From positions 12,968,768 to 13,032,767 of the forward strand of contig NC_061076.1 in the NCBI RefSeq assembly GCF_021917145.1: a stretch of DNA of 64,000 bases. The letters are read 5' to 3'. The DNA is from Hypomesus transpacificus (lineage: Eukaryota). A model generated the notes under the pieces. That model saw only the letters and a program-made list of their open reading frames with translations, searched no databases and was not told the DNA's origin. The position numbers and the translations under genes were made by a program. Each line of letters begins with the position of its first letter. Position 1 is the first letter of the stretch. Positions 63,121 to 64,000 of the stretch are shown here, piece after piece.

Positions 63121-63212
63121 GTTGGAAGGGCCGGCGCAGTACGTGATTGAGACGCGAGATGCTGTTCAGATGAGGGCATGGCTGAGTGACATCAGGAACG
63201 GCATCTGCCTGA
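63121..63212 (+). CDS. sh2b1: SH2B1 exon (end of the PH domain)
   Basis: Acceptor tcAG at 63119-20 and donor GTGAGC at 63213. Encodes 'LEGPAQYVIETRDAVQMRAWLSDIRNGICL', matching '[28 protein letters not shown]'. Confidence 0.75.
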
Positions 63213-63400
63213 GGTGAGCATGGAGACTAGACCCAGTCTGGGCACTAGACCCAGTCTGGAGATTAGACCCAGCCTGGAGACTAGACCAAACCTGCTGACC
63301 AGACCCAGCCTCACTGCCCATGCTGTGACATCCGAAAGGACTAGATCCAAATCAGACAGACTAGGACCATCTTGCTAAAATCCCTTTCTTTTCTCTACAG

Positions 63401-63477
63401 TGAACAGGATGAAGGTGTATGGGGGGGGCAGATGGACATCAGTGCAACGCCTGAGTTTGGGGACCGCCTCTCCCAAG
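63401..63477 (+). CDS. sh2b1: SH2B1 exon
   Basis: Acceptor ctacAG at 63399-400 and donor GTGTGT at 63478. Encodes '(S)EQDEGVWGGQMDISATPEFGDRLSQ(G)', matching the human '...NDRLSQG'. Confidence 0.7.
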
Positions 63478-63627
63478 GTGTGTATTGACACTAGAATCCC
63501 AGTAATGCTGTAGGATTGACAACTGCCCACCAAACACAACAAATCTCCCATGAAGGGCCTCTACTCACATTGACAGAATCTAATACTTGTCATGTATTTC
63601 CTCTCATCTGCTTGCGTCACGGTGCAG

Positions 63628-63774
63628 TGTGTTACGGAGGTGTCGGTGGCTCCTCCCCCTTGAAGGACCCTCTCCCACCAGAGTTACCGCCCCGAGCCCC
63701 TCTCGATGAATCAGAGAGCCGCGGTGGCGGGGCAAGTCTAGGTACACCTTTTGCAGAGACACCAGATGCCACAG
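63628..63774 (+). CDS. sh2b1: SH2B1 exon
   Basis: Acceptor gtgcAG at 63626-27 and donor GTGAGT at 63775. Encodes 'VCYGGVGGSSPLKDPLPPELPPRAPLDESE...TPFAETPDAT(G)', matching the human 'LLPPELPPRIPIEEG...DTPETATG'. Confidence 0.75.
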
Positions 63775-63962
63775 GTGAGTACTACTGCTCGTTTTTTGTG
63801 TGGAGGGGTGGGTTAGGGTTTGATTTTCTATTTTCAAAAGAGGGCCTGACATAAAGAACTTTGAGTTTGAGAGCCACTGACAAAACCATTGAGCTGGCCA
63901 AAGAGCTAGGATGAGTTAGCATGAAGAGCAAAGGGGTTAATCAGCAGCTTCCTCCTCCTCAG

Positions 63963-64000
63963 GCTCCTTCCTGTTCTCCGACGAGGCTGTGGCCGAGGCC
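63963..64000 (+). CDS. sh2b1: SH2B1 exon, partial (runs off the window)
   Basis: Acceptor cctcAG at 63961-62. Encodes '(G)SFLFSDEAVAEA', matching the human 'GSFLFQGE'. Confidence 0.65.

Overview
This is vertebrate (teleost-like) nuclear DNA, not a prokaryotic locus. The evidence is CpG depletion over most of the window, tRNA-derived SINEs, LINE, LTR and DNA-transposon debris, and GT-AG introns. The only clear host gene is an SH2B-family adaptor, best matching SH2B1, on the + strand. Its large Pro/Ser-rich first coding exon is 37349-39079. Exon 2 is 39972-40073. After a ~23 kb intron there are four small exons at 63121-64000, the last running off the window. All matched exons show recognisable SH2B1 motifs (dimerisation, PH-domain and downstream).

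The first 37 kb is an accessory, transposon-dominated region. It contains two near-identical copies of a ~3.4 kb RTE/Rex3-like non-LTR retrotransposon about 4.8 kb apart, each preceded by 57-bp tandem repeats. Copy 2 carries a nested 1.08 kb TIR element and an in-frame stop. Fragments of L2-type LINE lie on the - strand at 14.7-15.5 kb and 18.4-20.0 kb. A degenerate BEL/Pao LTR-retrotransposon internal region (gag, PR, RT, RNase H, IN) spans 20.0-25.4 kb with a SINE inserted in its integrase. There is an L1/Tx1-like ORF2 C-terminal fragment, a hAT transposase-like fragment, at least four copies of a tRNA-derived SINE, and several MITE families with clean TSDs (hAT-like 8 bp, another with 9 bp). 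There is also a 3.9 kb palindromic structure and many mini- and microsatellites.

The SH2B1 intron contains more TIR elements, including a foldback with ~550-bp arms and a hAT with a BED-finger remnant. It also contains long poly(C) and poly(G) tracts.

The most unusual feature is a ~5 kb non-coding block at 51.35-56.32 kb inside the intron. It has no CpG depletion, no long ORFs and internal subrepeats. A TATA/CRE/CCAAT promoter-like island lies 1.5 kb upstream of it. I cannot identify this block from sequence alone and flag it as the best candidate for something new.
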